From: Promethearchaeota archaeon
GTDB taxonomy: Archaea; Asgardarchaeota; Lokiarchaeia; Sigyniarchaeales; SOKP01
Assembly: GCA_016839555.1 (NCBI GenBank)
Contig: JAEOUA010000001.1
Span: 128,001 to 192,000 of the forward strand
Direction: 5' to 3'
DNA length: 64,000 nt
The translations under genes and the position numbers were made by a program. Under the pieces are notes generated by a model that worked only from the letters and a program-made list of their open reading frames with translations, had not been told where the DNA came from and ran no database searches. Positions 50,955-60,043 of the stretch are shown one piece after another (the stretch's first letter is position 1; every line of letters starts with the position of its first letter).

Positions 50955-51683
50955 ATGATTAATATCGTAGATTTTTATATCAATATTTTTACCCTGATAT
51001 TCGTCGTTTTTTCAATTATTATAGGATTAAAGATGTCATCGAAATACTTTGAATTTAAGAAGAAAGAGTTTATACCAGTTGGTTTAACCTATATTTTTTT
51101 AAGCTCAGCATGGTGGGGGACTCTACTCTCTTTTTTAACTGTATTAATCTTTGGTCAACCAATTAACAAATATCTTTTTGTAATTTTAAATAATGCTTTT
51201 CTTCCATTGGCACTAGTTTTTTGGATTAATGTGTATTCGCAAATGAACGTAAAAAGGAAAAAACTGGTCCAAGTTATATTTGGGATTATATGTATCTTGT
51301 GGGAGCTAGTACTCTTTCTTTTTTTAATAGTAGATATTAATATCTTGTACGGTTTCACAGATGTTCCTGAGAGTGATCTATATTATTCTAATAGAAAAAT
51401 TGTGCTTATTATTTTTCCAATTATTGGTATTTTATCAGCCTTAATAACAGGACTGCTATTTGCTCGAGTTGCTTTAAAATCAGAGGATCCTAAAACGAAT
51501 TGGAAAGGGAGGTTTTTAGCTACAGCTTTTATCTTTTTCAGTATTGGAGCATTTTTAGATGCATTACTCCCTAGAGATCTTATTCTTTTAGTAATTATTA
51601 GATTAATTTTAATTGCAAGTGTCTTTGAATATTATCTTGGCTTCTTTCTCCCAGATAAAATAGCTAATCTCTTAATAAAGTAA
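50955..51683 (+). CDS. About 7-TM membrane protein, paralog of 14904..15626
   Basis: KY...KKK....VGL, KSEDP...WKGRFL, YYLGFFLP. Confidence 0.8.
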   Translation: MINIVDFYINIFTLIFVVFSIIIGLKMSSKYFEFKKKEFIPVGLTYIFLSSAWWGTLLSFLTVLIFGQPINKYLFVILNNAFLPLALVFWINVYSQMNVKRKKLVQVIFGIICILWELVLFLFLIVDINILYGFTDVPESDLYYSNRKIVLIIFPIIGILSALITGLLFARVALKSEDPKTNWKGRFLATAFIFFSIGAFLDALLPRDLILLVIIRLILIASVFEYYLGFFLPDKIANLLIK

Positions 51684-51763
51684 AATAATAGGCTTTCATT
51701 TTTTTTTTATTATATAATATTTTTTTAGCAGATGTGTCTTAAGTTTAATATAAGAATAAAAAA

Positions 51764-52852
51764 ATGATTTATATGATTGAAAAGGTTTTAAATTCTGAAA
51801 AGGAAGCAATTAATAATGAATTAAAAAGATATTATAATCAATTAATTCAACGTAAAGAGGATATTTTATTTAAAGATTTTATTAGTGAATTTAAAGGATT
51901 TATTTTAAACAAACAAGCAAAACGTCTTCACCCTATTCTTTTAATTCAAGCATTCAAGGGGATTATTAATCCTTTATATCTGCAAGATGAAATCAAGGAA
52001 ATCAGAAAAGTTGCTATTTCTGTTGAATTTTTACATAATGCTCATTTAATACAAGATGATTTGGTAGATGATGATCAAAATCGTCGAGGTGCTTTGACAC
52101 TTCATTATCAATTTAAAAATGAATTGGAAAAAATCTTGAAAAATAATACTAACGAGCTTAATTCACAAGTCTCGAAGAGATATGGCACCAATATGGCTCT
52201 TCTTGGTGGGACTTATAGTTATTTATTAGGAATTGATATACTCAAAAGTTCTACTTTTGCAGAGAAATTGAAATTACTATCAATAAAAGAATATACAGAA
52301 GCTATAGATTACGTACTGAAAGGGCAAATAATTGAGGAATATCTAAATTCTCATAACATTACTATGACCATCGAACAATATCTAAGTATTGCTGAAATGA
52401 TTAGAGCTCGTGTTTTCGAAAGATCAGCAAAAATTGGAGCCATCTTAGCAAAAGGAAACATTCATTATCAAATAGAGCCTCTCTCAGAAGCGATGCTTAA
52501 AATAGGACAAGCTTATGCTATCATAGACGATGTATTAGATATTACAGATGATATTAAGGGAAAAAAGAAAAATAAATTTCCATATCTCTTGGCTCTCAAT
52601 AATGTAAATGAACACCAAGGGAAATTATTGAATGAAATTTATAATAAACCTCAATTAACCGAAGATGATGTTGCCCAAGTTAAAAATATTTTTTCTGAAA
52701 CTAACGCAATTCAAATAGCTATGCAATTTTCTAAAAATTTAATAAACCAAGCTCAAAAAAATCTTGAGCAAATTTATCCCGACCTTAATAAAGAGCAAAA
52801 AAGTTTTTTTAATGAATTTGCCGATTATATCTATAAAATAGGAATACAATAG
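51764..52852 (+). CDS. trans-polyprenyl diphosphate synthase (GGPP synthase-like)
   Basis: AKRLHP, QDDLVDDDQNRRG (FARM), GQ, DDVLD (SARM). Confidence 0.9.
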   Translation: MIYMIEKVLNSEKEAINNELKRYYNQLIQRKEDILFKDFISEFKGFILNKQAKRLHPILLIQAFKGIINPLYLQDEIKEIRKVAISVEFLHNAHLIQDDLVDDDQNRRGALTLHYQFKNELEKILKNNTNELNSQVSKRYGTNMALLGGTYSYLLGIDILKSSTFAEKLKLLSIKEYTEAIDYVLKGQIIEEYLNSHNITMTIEQYLSIAEMIRARVFERSAKIGAILAKGNIHYQIEPLSEAMLKIGQAYAIIDDVLDITDDIKGKKKNKFPYLLALNNVNEHQGKLLNEIYNKPQLTEDDVAQVKNIFSETNAIQIAMQFSKNLINQAQKNLEQIYPDLNKEQKSFFNEFADYIYKIGIQ

Positions 52853-53024
52853 GTAAGAATTAAATTATCCTTTCAATTATTTCTTACTTTTATTTGAATT
52901 AGAACTTTACAATCTTAATATTTAAAGTGCTTTTACAAAATAAAGAAAAAATCTAAAAAGTTTCCTTCACTCATATAGCTAAAGCGAGCAGTTTAAAATC
53001 AAATAATATTTAGGGCTAAAAATA

Positions 53025-53936
53025 ATGATGAATAAATTACTTCCTGAACAAATCGTTATAAGACCTCCTGTCGAAGCTTATTCGGTGCTTATTGCAGTAA
53101 CAGGTGGGTGCAGCTGGAATAAATGTGCCTTCTGTGGTACATATAAGAGTGGCGTATACGGTGGAATTCAAGAATATGCCATTAGAGATATAGAAGATAT
53201 CAAAAAGAATATTGATTTCTATGCTGAAAAAAATTACCATGGATATCCCGTGTTTTTAGCGGGTGGAAATCCTACTTCAGCCCCCACAGATTTTCTCGTG
53301 GAAATTATTAAATATGTGAGACAAAAGTTACATAATGTGCCAAGAGTTAGTTGCTATGCCAAGGCATTAGATATTTTACGAAAATCTGATGATGAATTAC
53401 AACAATTAGCAGATGTGGGATTGGATATAGCATATATGGGCTTAGAGAGCGGCTCGAGTAAAGTTCTCAGAATAATGCGAAAAGGAACTAATGCAGAATC
53501 AATGATCAAAGCGGGAAAACGGATAATGGGAGCGGGTATAAAATTATCGCTATATGTTTTATTAGGATTAGGGGGTAAACAATATTCCGAGGAACATATG
53601 AAAGGTACGGCCAGAGTTTTAACAGAAATTAATCCTAATATTTTTCGCTTTAGAACAGTACACGTGATTCCTAATACTCCTTTATATGAATGGGTTAAAA
53701 AAGGCGAATTTCAATTATTAACACCTCTAGAAAATATTAAAGAGGAGCGAGATATTATTGCCAACCTTGGGGATAATGTAACTTCAGAAGTATATAATGA
53801 CCATGTAAGTAATTATGTTTCGATTGAAACAGAAAATATTCAAAAGGATAAGGAACGATTTATAACAACTTTAAATGAATTAATTGATGATCCAAGAATA
53901 ATGGCTATGCCAAGAAAAAATCTTACAATAATGTGA
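53025..53936 (+). CDS. Radical SAM protein
   Basis: IRPPVEA, GCSWNKCAFC (CxxxCxxC), GLESG, LLGLGG, DHVSNY. Confidence 0.92.
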   Translation: MMNKLLPEQIVIRPPVEAYSVLIAVTGGCSWNKCAFCGTYKSGVYGGIQEYAIRDIEDIKKNIDFYAEKNYHGYPVFLAGGNPTSAPTDFLVEIIKYVRQKLHNVPRVSCYAKALDILRKSDDELQQLADVGLDIAYMGLESGSSKVLRIMRKGTNAESMIKAGKRIMGAGIKLSLYVLLGLGGKQYSEEHMKGTARVLTEINPNIFRFRTVHVIPNTPLYEWVKKGEFQLLTPLENIKEERDIIANLGDNVTSEVYNDHVSNYVSIETENIQKDKERFITTLNELIDDPRIMAMPRKNLTIM

Positions 53937-54106
53937 ATGATCCTTCGTTGTTTTATTAAAGAAATTAGTAAAGTTTATTTAAAATGGCAACAAATTATAT
54001 TAAAAAGCGATATATTCTTAGATTATTATCTTTTTGAAATAAATCTATAAATTTTTAATATTCACATTTTTTATACATTATAAAAATTTTATATTTTATT
54101 AAAAAA

Positions 54107-55570
54107 ATGTCAGACTATTTTCGTAAAAAAGTGCATTCTGAAGAAATTATTGCGACATTTAATGATATATTAATTTTGCCGGGGTATACAAGGAGTATTG
54201 ATATAGATATCTCTGCTAAATTACGTAAATATCATTTTAATATCCCTATAATGTCCGCTGCTATGGATACGGTCACAGAAGAGGAAATGGCGATAAAAAT
54301 GGCTTTATTAGGTGGCTTGGGGGTGCTACATAGAAATTGCTCTTTTGAAAAGCAATTAGAGATGTGCCAAAAAGTGAAAAGAGCAAGATCTTTTGTAATT
54401 ATGGATGTTGCAACAATTAATATTGATGCATCTGTAAAAGAGGCAAAACATCATATGGAAGAGAAAGGTATCAGCGGACTTGTAGTTACAAATTCAGAAA
54501 ACAAAGCTTCCGGAATTTTTACCAAGAGAGATATTCCTTATTCAGAAACAGACATTAGGGAAGGGAAGGTAAGAGATTATATGACTCGTGACCTTATTTC
54601 AATCCAGCCGGGTGTATCGAGAGAAGAAGCTTTAGAAGTATTATTTAAAAATAGAATTGAGAAACTCCCTATAATTGAAAATGGATATCTCAGAGGATTA
54701 ATAACCAAAAAGGACTTGAAACCTGAATTTCCTCTTGCTTCAATAGATGAGAAGGGAAGATTACTTTGTGGTCTGGCAATTAGTCCAAAAGTTCCTGAAT
54801 CCCTTCAACTCCAAAATGTATTAAAAAAGATTGATAAAAATGTAGATATCTTTTTTACAGATGTTGCTGATTTTTATAAAGAGATGGATATACAAGGAAT
54901 AAGAAAATTAATGGAGCTTGTAGAGTCTGATTTTGTTTTGGGAAATATTGGAACTTATAAAGCTGCTGAACATCTTTTAACAAAATGTGATTTTGTTGAT
55001 GAAAGAATTTTAGGTATTAAAGTTGGGATGGGTTCTGGAAGTATTTGTTCTACCTCAATTCAAACTGGAGTGGGAGCTCCAACACTTTTCGCCACCGCTC
55101 AAGTTGCCGATGCGATTCAAGATTATAATCCAAACATAGGATTAATTGCTGATGGAGGCTTCGCAAACCCCGGAGATTTACCTAAAGCCTTTTCTGTGGG
55201 AGCGGATATGATTATGTCTGGTCATTTCTTTGCCGGATGTACTGAATCTCCCGGTTATATTGATACAATACAAGGTCGCAAAGTTAAAATTTATCGCGGT
55301 ATGGGTAGTAAAGAAGCTCGTACTTCAAATTATATACTTGATAGATATGTGGAGGGTGCAAAAACACTTCCCGAAGGAGTATCTGACTATGTTCCTTATG
55401 TTGGACCACTTTCAGGCGTTATAGAAACTCTTACAGAAGGTATTACAAATGGTATGATATATGCAGGAGCGCAAAATATTGAAGAGATGAAATCAGCCGA
55501 AGTTGGACTGGTGAGTGCTGTTGGTATAAGAGAACAGAAACCCCATGATTTGATCGGACGGTATGAATAA
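54107..55570 (+). CDS. guaB: IMP dehydrogenase with CBS pair
   Basis: TFNDILILPG, SAAMDTVTE, KVGMGSGSICST (catalytic Cys), IADGG, YRGMGS, PEGV. Confidence 0.92.
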   Translation: MSDYFRKKVHSEEIIATFNDILILPGYTRSIDIDISAKLRKYHFNIPIMSAAMDTVTEEEMAIKMALLGGLGVLHRNCSFEKQLEMCQKVKRARSFVIMDVATINIDASVKEAKHHMEEKGISGLVVTNSENKASGIFTKRDIPYSETDIREGKVRDYMTRDLISIQPGVSREEALEVLFKNRIEKLPIIENGYLRGLITKKDLKPEFPLASIDEKGRLLCGLAISPKVPESLQLQNVLKKIDKNVDIFFTDVADFYKEMDIQGIRKLMELVESDFVLGNIGTYKAAEHLLTKCDFVDERILGIKVGMGSGSICSTSIQTGVGAPTLFATAQVADAIQDYNPNIGLIADGGFANPGDLPKAFSVGADMIMSGHFFAGCTESPGYIDTIQGRKVKIYRGMGSKEARTSNYILDRYVEGAKTLPEGVSDYVPYVGPLSGVIETLTEGITNGMIYAGAQNIEEMKSAEVGLVSAVGIREQKPHDLIGRYE

Positions 55571-55770
55571 GAAATAAAAATTAGAAACCATTAAGTTTCC
55601 AACCATTTAACAATTATTTATTTACGAATTCTACTATATATTTTAGGATAAGAGATATACATCATCAAAATATTATTTTAGTTGAAGATGAAGCAGAAAT
55701 AGAAGAAAGTGAAGAAATAAAGTATATTCATAATTCTAAAACTTATAAACATAATCATTTCCATAATTTC

Positions 55771-55798
55771 CTTCGTAACCATGAACATGGTTATGAAG
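55771..55798. terminator. Hairpin between convergent guaB and HEPN genes (possible terminator)
   Basis: CTTCGTAACCAT-GAAC-ATGGTTATGAAG, a 12-bp stem with one G-T pair. Confidence 0.4.
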
Positions 55799-55810
55799 AA
55801 TAGAAGAAAA

Positions 55811-56230
55811 TTATTGTTTTTCCTTTAAATATTTTTTAACAATATTAACTGTTTCATCTGCTAATTTATAAGCTTCTTTTGCAGAATTTTCTGTAAAAAC
55901 TTCCGCTGGAATGGAATCTGGTAAACTATTGGGATATCTAGTGGGAATATAATAAGTATCTAGGAAAGAGATTTTATTACTTAGGACATTTAATGAATCA
56001 TTAAATTCTAATACCCAATCTAGTAACTTTTTTATTGAGTGTCCAATGACCAAATCTTGCTTATTAAAATAAAGTATTGATTTTAATGCTTTTTCTACAA
56101 TTTGTTGAAAGAGAAAACAAACCAAATAATACCGTTTATTTTCTAGCAAGATTTTAGCACTTTTCAAATCTTCAATTGATTGATTTAGCCATCTTTTTGC
56201 TTCTTCCTTATATTTATTCATTTCTTTCAT
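55811..56230 (-). CDS. HEPN-domain protein (MNT-associated)
   Basis: WL.QS.EDL..A, QQ.VEKALK, GHSI, YIPTRYP. Confidence 0.92.
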   Translation of the reverse strand: MKEMNKYKEEAKRWLNQSIEDLKSAKILLENKRYYLVCFLFQQIVEKALKSILYFNKQDLVIGHSIKKLLDWVLEFNDSLNVLSNKISFLDTYYIPTRYPNSLPDSIPAEVFTENSAKEAYKLADETVNIVKKYLKEKQ

Positions 56231-56561
56231 AAATTAATTTTCCTTCTTTTAAAATATGTTCGATAAATAAATTATTTTCCTTCATTTTTTCAATCTCAGA
56301 TGGCGTGTAAGCTAATATATCCACATCCGAAGGTTGAATAGTTAAATAAATTTCTTTAAGACGCTCAATAAATAATTTGTTAGAATCTATTATTACTAAA
56401 AGATCAATATCGCTCATTATATTTAATTCATTTCTTACAGCAGATCCAAATAAAATTATCTTTTTAACACCTATTTGAATTAAACGATTCTTTACTCTCT
56501 CTAATTCTTTTTCTAAATGAGCTAAGTGTTCTTCTTTTAATTTTTTAATTTTTTGGAACAT
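56214..56561 (-). CDS. Minimal nucleotidyltransferase (MNT) antitoxin
   Basis: LFGSAVR......SDIDLLVI and DILAYTP.E. Overlaps the HEPN gene. Confidence 0.92.
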   Translation of the reverse strand: MFQKIKKLKEEHLAHLEKELERVKNRLIQIGVKKIILFGSAVRNELNIMSDIDLLVIIDSNKLFIERLKEIYLTIQPSDVDILAYTPSEIEKMKENNLFIEHILKEGKLIYERNE

Positions 56562-56648
56562 TATTTAATATAAAGAATTTGTATATTAAAATAGATTCTC
56601 TTTAACTAATTAATTAATACATAAAATAAAAGAAAGACAGACCTTAAA

Positions 56649-56864
56649 TTATTGTAGCTCTCTCGAGGGATTTAGGTCTATTTTTTTGAATAATTTCTCA
56701 ATCTCATCAAAGGTGATTAAATTATCTTTAACCATCTGTCGTATTAATTTATACGCTCCGCATTCGTATTCCCTCTCCCAATATTCTTGGTCTTTAGCAT
56801 AAAAATTACATTTATGACATACCAAACTAATTAGTTTTCGATTTAATGGGGTAATATATTTCCT
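56649..56864 (-). CDS. Small Cys-rich protein missed by the ORF track; start uncertain (TTG at 56825) or 5'-damaged
   Basis: Manual translation: RKYITPLNRKLISLVCHKCNFYAKDQEYWEREYECGAYKLIRQMVKDNLITFDEIEKLFKKIDLNPSRELQ*. Confidence 0.55.
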   Translation of the reverse strand, partial: RKYITPLNRKLISLVCHKCNFYAKDQEYWEREYECGAYKLIRQMVKDNLITFDEIEKLFKKIDLNPSRELQ

Positions 56865-57143
56865 AAATTTTTTTTTAAAATCTTATTATTATACTCCTTC
56901 TTTACTTCTATTTAAATTCTCTGATAATTAAAAATAAAGGGGTACTATTGCTACTTTTCAAGTTGAAGCCATAGTTTTAATGGTTGATAAAAGAAAAAAA
57001 ATTAAATAATATTCTCATTCAATCCTTAATATTTTTAATTTTTCTAGTAATTGGCTAGAAAGATAATTAAAAATTATACAAAATATTCATTAATATTGTT
57101 GAAATTGGAATGCAATAAATCATTTTAATAGTTATGAGTTTTT

Positions 57144-58745
57144 ATGAAAAAAATTGAAAGAGTATTAGTAAGTGTTTTTGATAAAACTGGAGTCGTTGAT
57201 TTCGTAAAAGCTTTAGTAGATGAATTTGATGTTGAAATACTCTCAACGGGCGGAACAGGCAAGCTTCTGGAAAAAAATGGTCTAAAAATTGTTAAGATTT
57301 CAGAATACACCGGTTTACCTGAGATGTTCGAAGGGAGAGTTAAAACATTACATCCTAAAATCGAAGGAGGGATTCTCTATAGAAGAGAAATTGAAAAAGA
57401 TGTGTTAGACGCCAAGAAATATAATATTCCTCCAATTGATATGGTAGTATGCAATTTATATCAATTTAAAGAGGCGATCTCTAAACCGGATATTACTCTA
57501 CAGGAAGCACTAGAAATGATAGATATTGGGGGCCCTACAATGATTCGAGCAGCGGCAAAAAATTATCCAGATGTAGTAGTTGTTCCAGATCCAAAATATT
57601 ATACACTTATTATTGATGAGTTAAAAAAAAACAATGGTATCATCGGCGATCAATTAAGGGCAACTTTAGCCCAAGATGTTTTTCTTATTATGGCGGAATA
57701 TAATGCAATTATTGCTAATTATCTCCAAGATCAAATATCTAACAAAATTCTCCCTGATAAAATTGTAAAAGTTTATGAGAAAGTCCAAGATTGTCGATAC
57801 GGGGAAAACTGGGATCAAGCAGCCGCATATTACCAAGATCTGTCTGCAACCCTTGGATTACATAATATAAGACAATTATGGGGGAAGGAAATTTCTTTTA
57901 ATAATTATTTAGATATTGATTCTTGCATGCAAATGTTATTAGATTTTGGAAAAGAGGATTATGTTACCGCTATTTTAAAGCATACCTCACCAAATGGGAT
58001 TGCATTAGACAGAAAAAATCAGTTAGAATCTGTGAAAAGAGCTTTTAGTACCGATCCTATGTCTGCCTTTGGAGGTATTTGGGGGATAAATAAACCATTA
58101 ACAGAGGAAATAGCAGATTATATTATTAACAAAGAAAATATTTTTATAGAAGTAATTATGGCACCCCAATTTGAGCCTGATGCACTTAAAATCCTAAAAC
58201 AGAAGAAAGATTTAAGAATTTTAGAATTTGGGAACTTAATTGAAATGGAAAAAGAGATATATCAAAATTTAGAATTAAGGAGTGTATTGGGAGGGGTATT
58301 AATTCAAGAATATGATCATAAACCAATTGTAAAAGAATGGAATGTGGTAAGTAATAGAAAAATATCAGAAGAAGAAAAAAATGCATTAATTTTTGCATAT
58401 AAAGTTTCTAAATGGGCAAAATCTAATTCTGCATGTTTTGCACAAATTTATAATGATGGTATGTATACAATTGGAATTGGAGCCGGCCAGCAATCCAGGG
58501 TTCATGTAGTAAAACTTGCTGCTCAAAAGGCAGTAGAATTCGGTCATAAAGAGGCATTAAAAGAATCATTCATGGGAACAGACTCCTTTTTCCCATTTGC
58601 CGATGGTTTAGAAGCTGCAGTAGAGGCGGGAGCAAAGGCAATTATTAATCCTGGAGGCTCAATAAGGGATGATCTTATAATTAAAAGAGCTAACGAATTA
58701 GGGTGCTCTCTGGTTTTTACTGGTAAAAGAGTTTTCCTTCATTAA
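57144..58745 (+). CDS. purH: Bifunctional AICAR transformylase / IMP cyclohydrolase
   Basis: SVFDKTG, STGGT, GRVKTLHP, IDIGGPTMIRAAAKN, RYGEN, KH, SAFGG, KSN, PGGSIRD. Confidence 0.96.
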   Translation: MKKIERVLVSVFDKTGVVDFVKALVDEFDVEILSTGGTGKLLEKNGLKIVKISEYTGLPEMFEGRVKTLHPKIEGGILYRREIEKDVLDAKKYNIPPIDMVVCNLYQFKEAISKPDITLQEALEMIDIGGPTMIRAAAKNYPDVVVVPDPKYYTLIIDELKKNNGIIGDQLRATLAQDVFLIMAEYNAIIANYLQDQISNKILPDKIVKVYEKVQDCRYGENWDQAAAYYQDLSATLGLHNIRQLWGKEISFNNYLDIDSCMQMLLDFGKEDYVTAILKHTSPNGIALDRKNQLESVKRAFSTDPMSAFGGIWGINKPLTEEIADYIINKENIFIEVIMAPQFEPDALKILKQKKDLRILEFGNLIEMEKEIYQNLELRSVLGGVLIQEYDHKPIVKEWNVVSNRKISEEEKNALIFAYKVSKWAKSNSACFAQIYNDGMYTIGIGAGQQSRVHVVKLAAQKAVEFGHKEALKESFMGTDSFFPFADGLEAAVEAGAKAIINPGGSIRDDLIIKRANELGCSLVFTGKRVFLH

Positions 58746-59096
58746 TAAAATTTTAATTTTCTTCATTCTATCAGTAAAATAAGAAAAATGCTATAATGAG
58801 CATACCTATAATAACTGAATGAATTTAAGATATGTTCTTAATCGTTCTCAAATAGGAAAATCAATAGAGTTAGAGGGAATACAAAAAAAATAAAAACTAA
58901 AAGTTTTTTTCAGGTAAAAATTAGAGATCTCGATCTTCATCCGATCGTTGCTAAAAAATATCGGTGATATCCCAAAAAAACCTTTTTAGCGCTAGAATCT
59001 CAATAAAAAGAGCATTTATTATTATCATCCTTATAAAATCTGAGGAGGATTAAGGTCTTTCCTTAAAGTTTCTCAAAAAAATAAAAAAGGTTAATA

Positions 59097-59154
59097 CTTA
59101 TCTTAACTCAAGTTAAGTCCTATCTTAACATAGTTAATATTGATCTTAACTCAT
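59097..59154. repeat. Three ATCTTAAC units at about 21-22 bp spacing, two completing TTAAC-N3/4-GTTAA palindromes
   Basis: cttatcttaactcaagttaag tcc tatcttaacatagttaat attgatcttaactcat. Confidence 0.7.
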
Positions 59155-59751
59155 AAAGAAAAAAAACTAAATGTAGAAAAAACAAAAAAATATAAGTATA
59201 AATATGAAATTTTTGGATCTTTAACCTAATTTCCCATAAAAATACGACTTTTCTTTTAAAAGAAGCTACTATAACTTTATTAATTAGTTTCGAAATTATA
59301 TTAAAAATAAAAATTAATAATTATAATTCTTATATTTCATGGAAATTCAAAAAAAAGAGAGAAGTATGATAGTTTTACCTGTTATCATAAAACAAAATTC
59401 TATAAAGATATTAAATGTGGTAATTAAAAATTAAGAAAATGGATTTATATAATTATTAATCCACTAATATTACTTTTTTTTGACAAAATATCTGTTATAA
59501 ATATTCTATTTTTTCCACAAAAGTTATGAAAATCAACGACATTTTCAACTAAATATTTACCTAAAAGAAAACATTTCCTAGAACTCATATTTAATATAAT
59601 GCTTTCGGTAAACAATATTTATATATGTATAGATTTATATAAGAAGAGATAATAAATTATTATATATACTATTAATTCTACAATTCAAACTATCACAAAA
59701 AGATCTATATTTTACAGCATGTAATTCATTAAATAGAGGCATAATATAAGC

Positions 59752-60033
59752 ATGGATTTCTTTTTAAAAAATTTAAGTGATACATTAACTGCAATCAATG
59801 AACTGATTGAAAATAATGTAAATCTAGTTAATACAAAACGTGTAAGACGATGTATTAACGTTTCCTCAAGTAATAGGAGCAAAATAAATTTTATCTGGAG
59901 ATCCTTAGCTTATCTTGAAGATCAAGGAATTTTAAAAGCCAATGGCGCTTCTAGTCCTAAAAATTATAATATACTGCCCGATGAGAAAATTGATATAGAT
60001 GAATTTATTAAAAAAGTAAAAGAAGAGAGATAA
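59752..60033 (+). CDS. Small probable winged-helix protein
   Basis: VNTKRVRR...KINFIWRSLAYLEDQGIL...SPKNYNI has a helix-turn-helix plus wing pattern. Confidence 0.6.
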   Translation: MDFFLKNLSDTLTAINELIENNVNLVNTKRVRRCINVSSSNRSKINFIWRSLAYLEDQGILKANGASSPKNYNILPDEKIDIDEFIKKVKEER

Positions 60034-60043
60034 TGAATAAATC

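Noticed and set aside
55771-55798. Hairpin as a SECIS element
   Set aside because: No in-frame TGA selenoprotein candidate is adjacent, and the stem lacks a recognisable SECIS core.
620-58398. Many short ORFs antisense to or nested within long genes (e.g. 1403..1711, 16185..16583, 16931..17437, 29075..29395, 38073..38372, 47648..47947)
   Set aside because: They are shadows of well-supported genes on the other strand or frame and carry no motifs of their own.
59097-59154. Repeat array as a CRISPR
   Set aside because: The units are only about 8-16 bp with 21-22 bp periodicity, there are no spacer-sized unique segments, and no cas genes are present.
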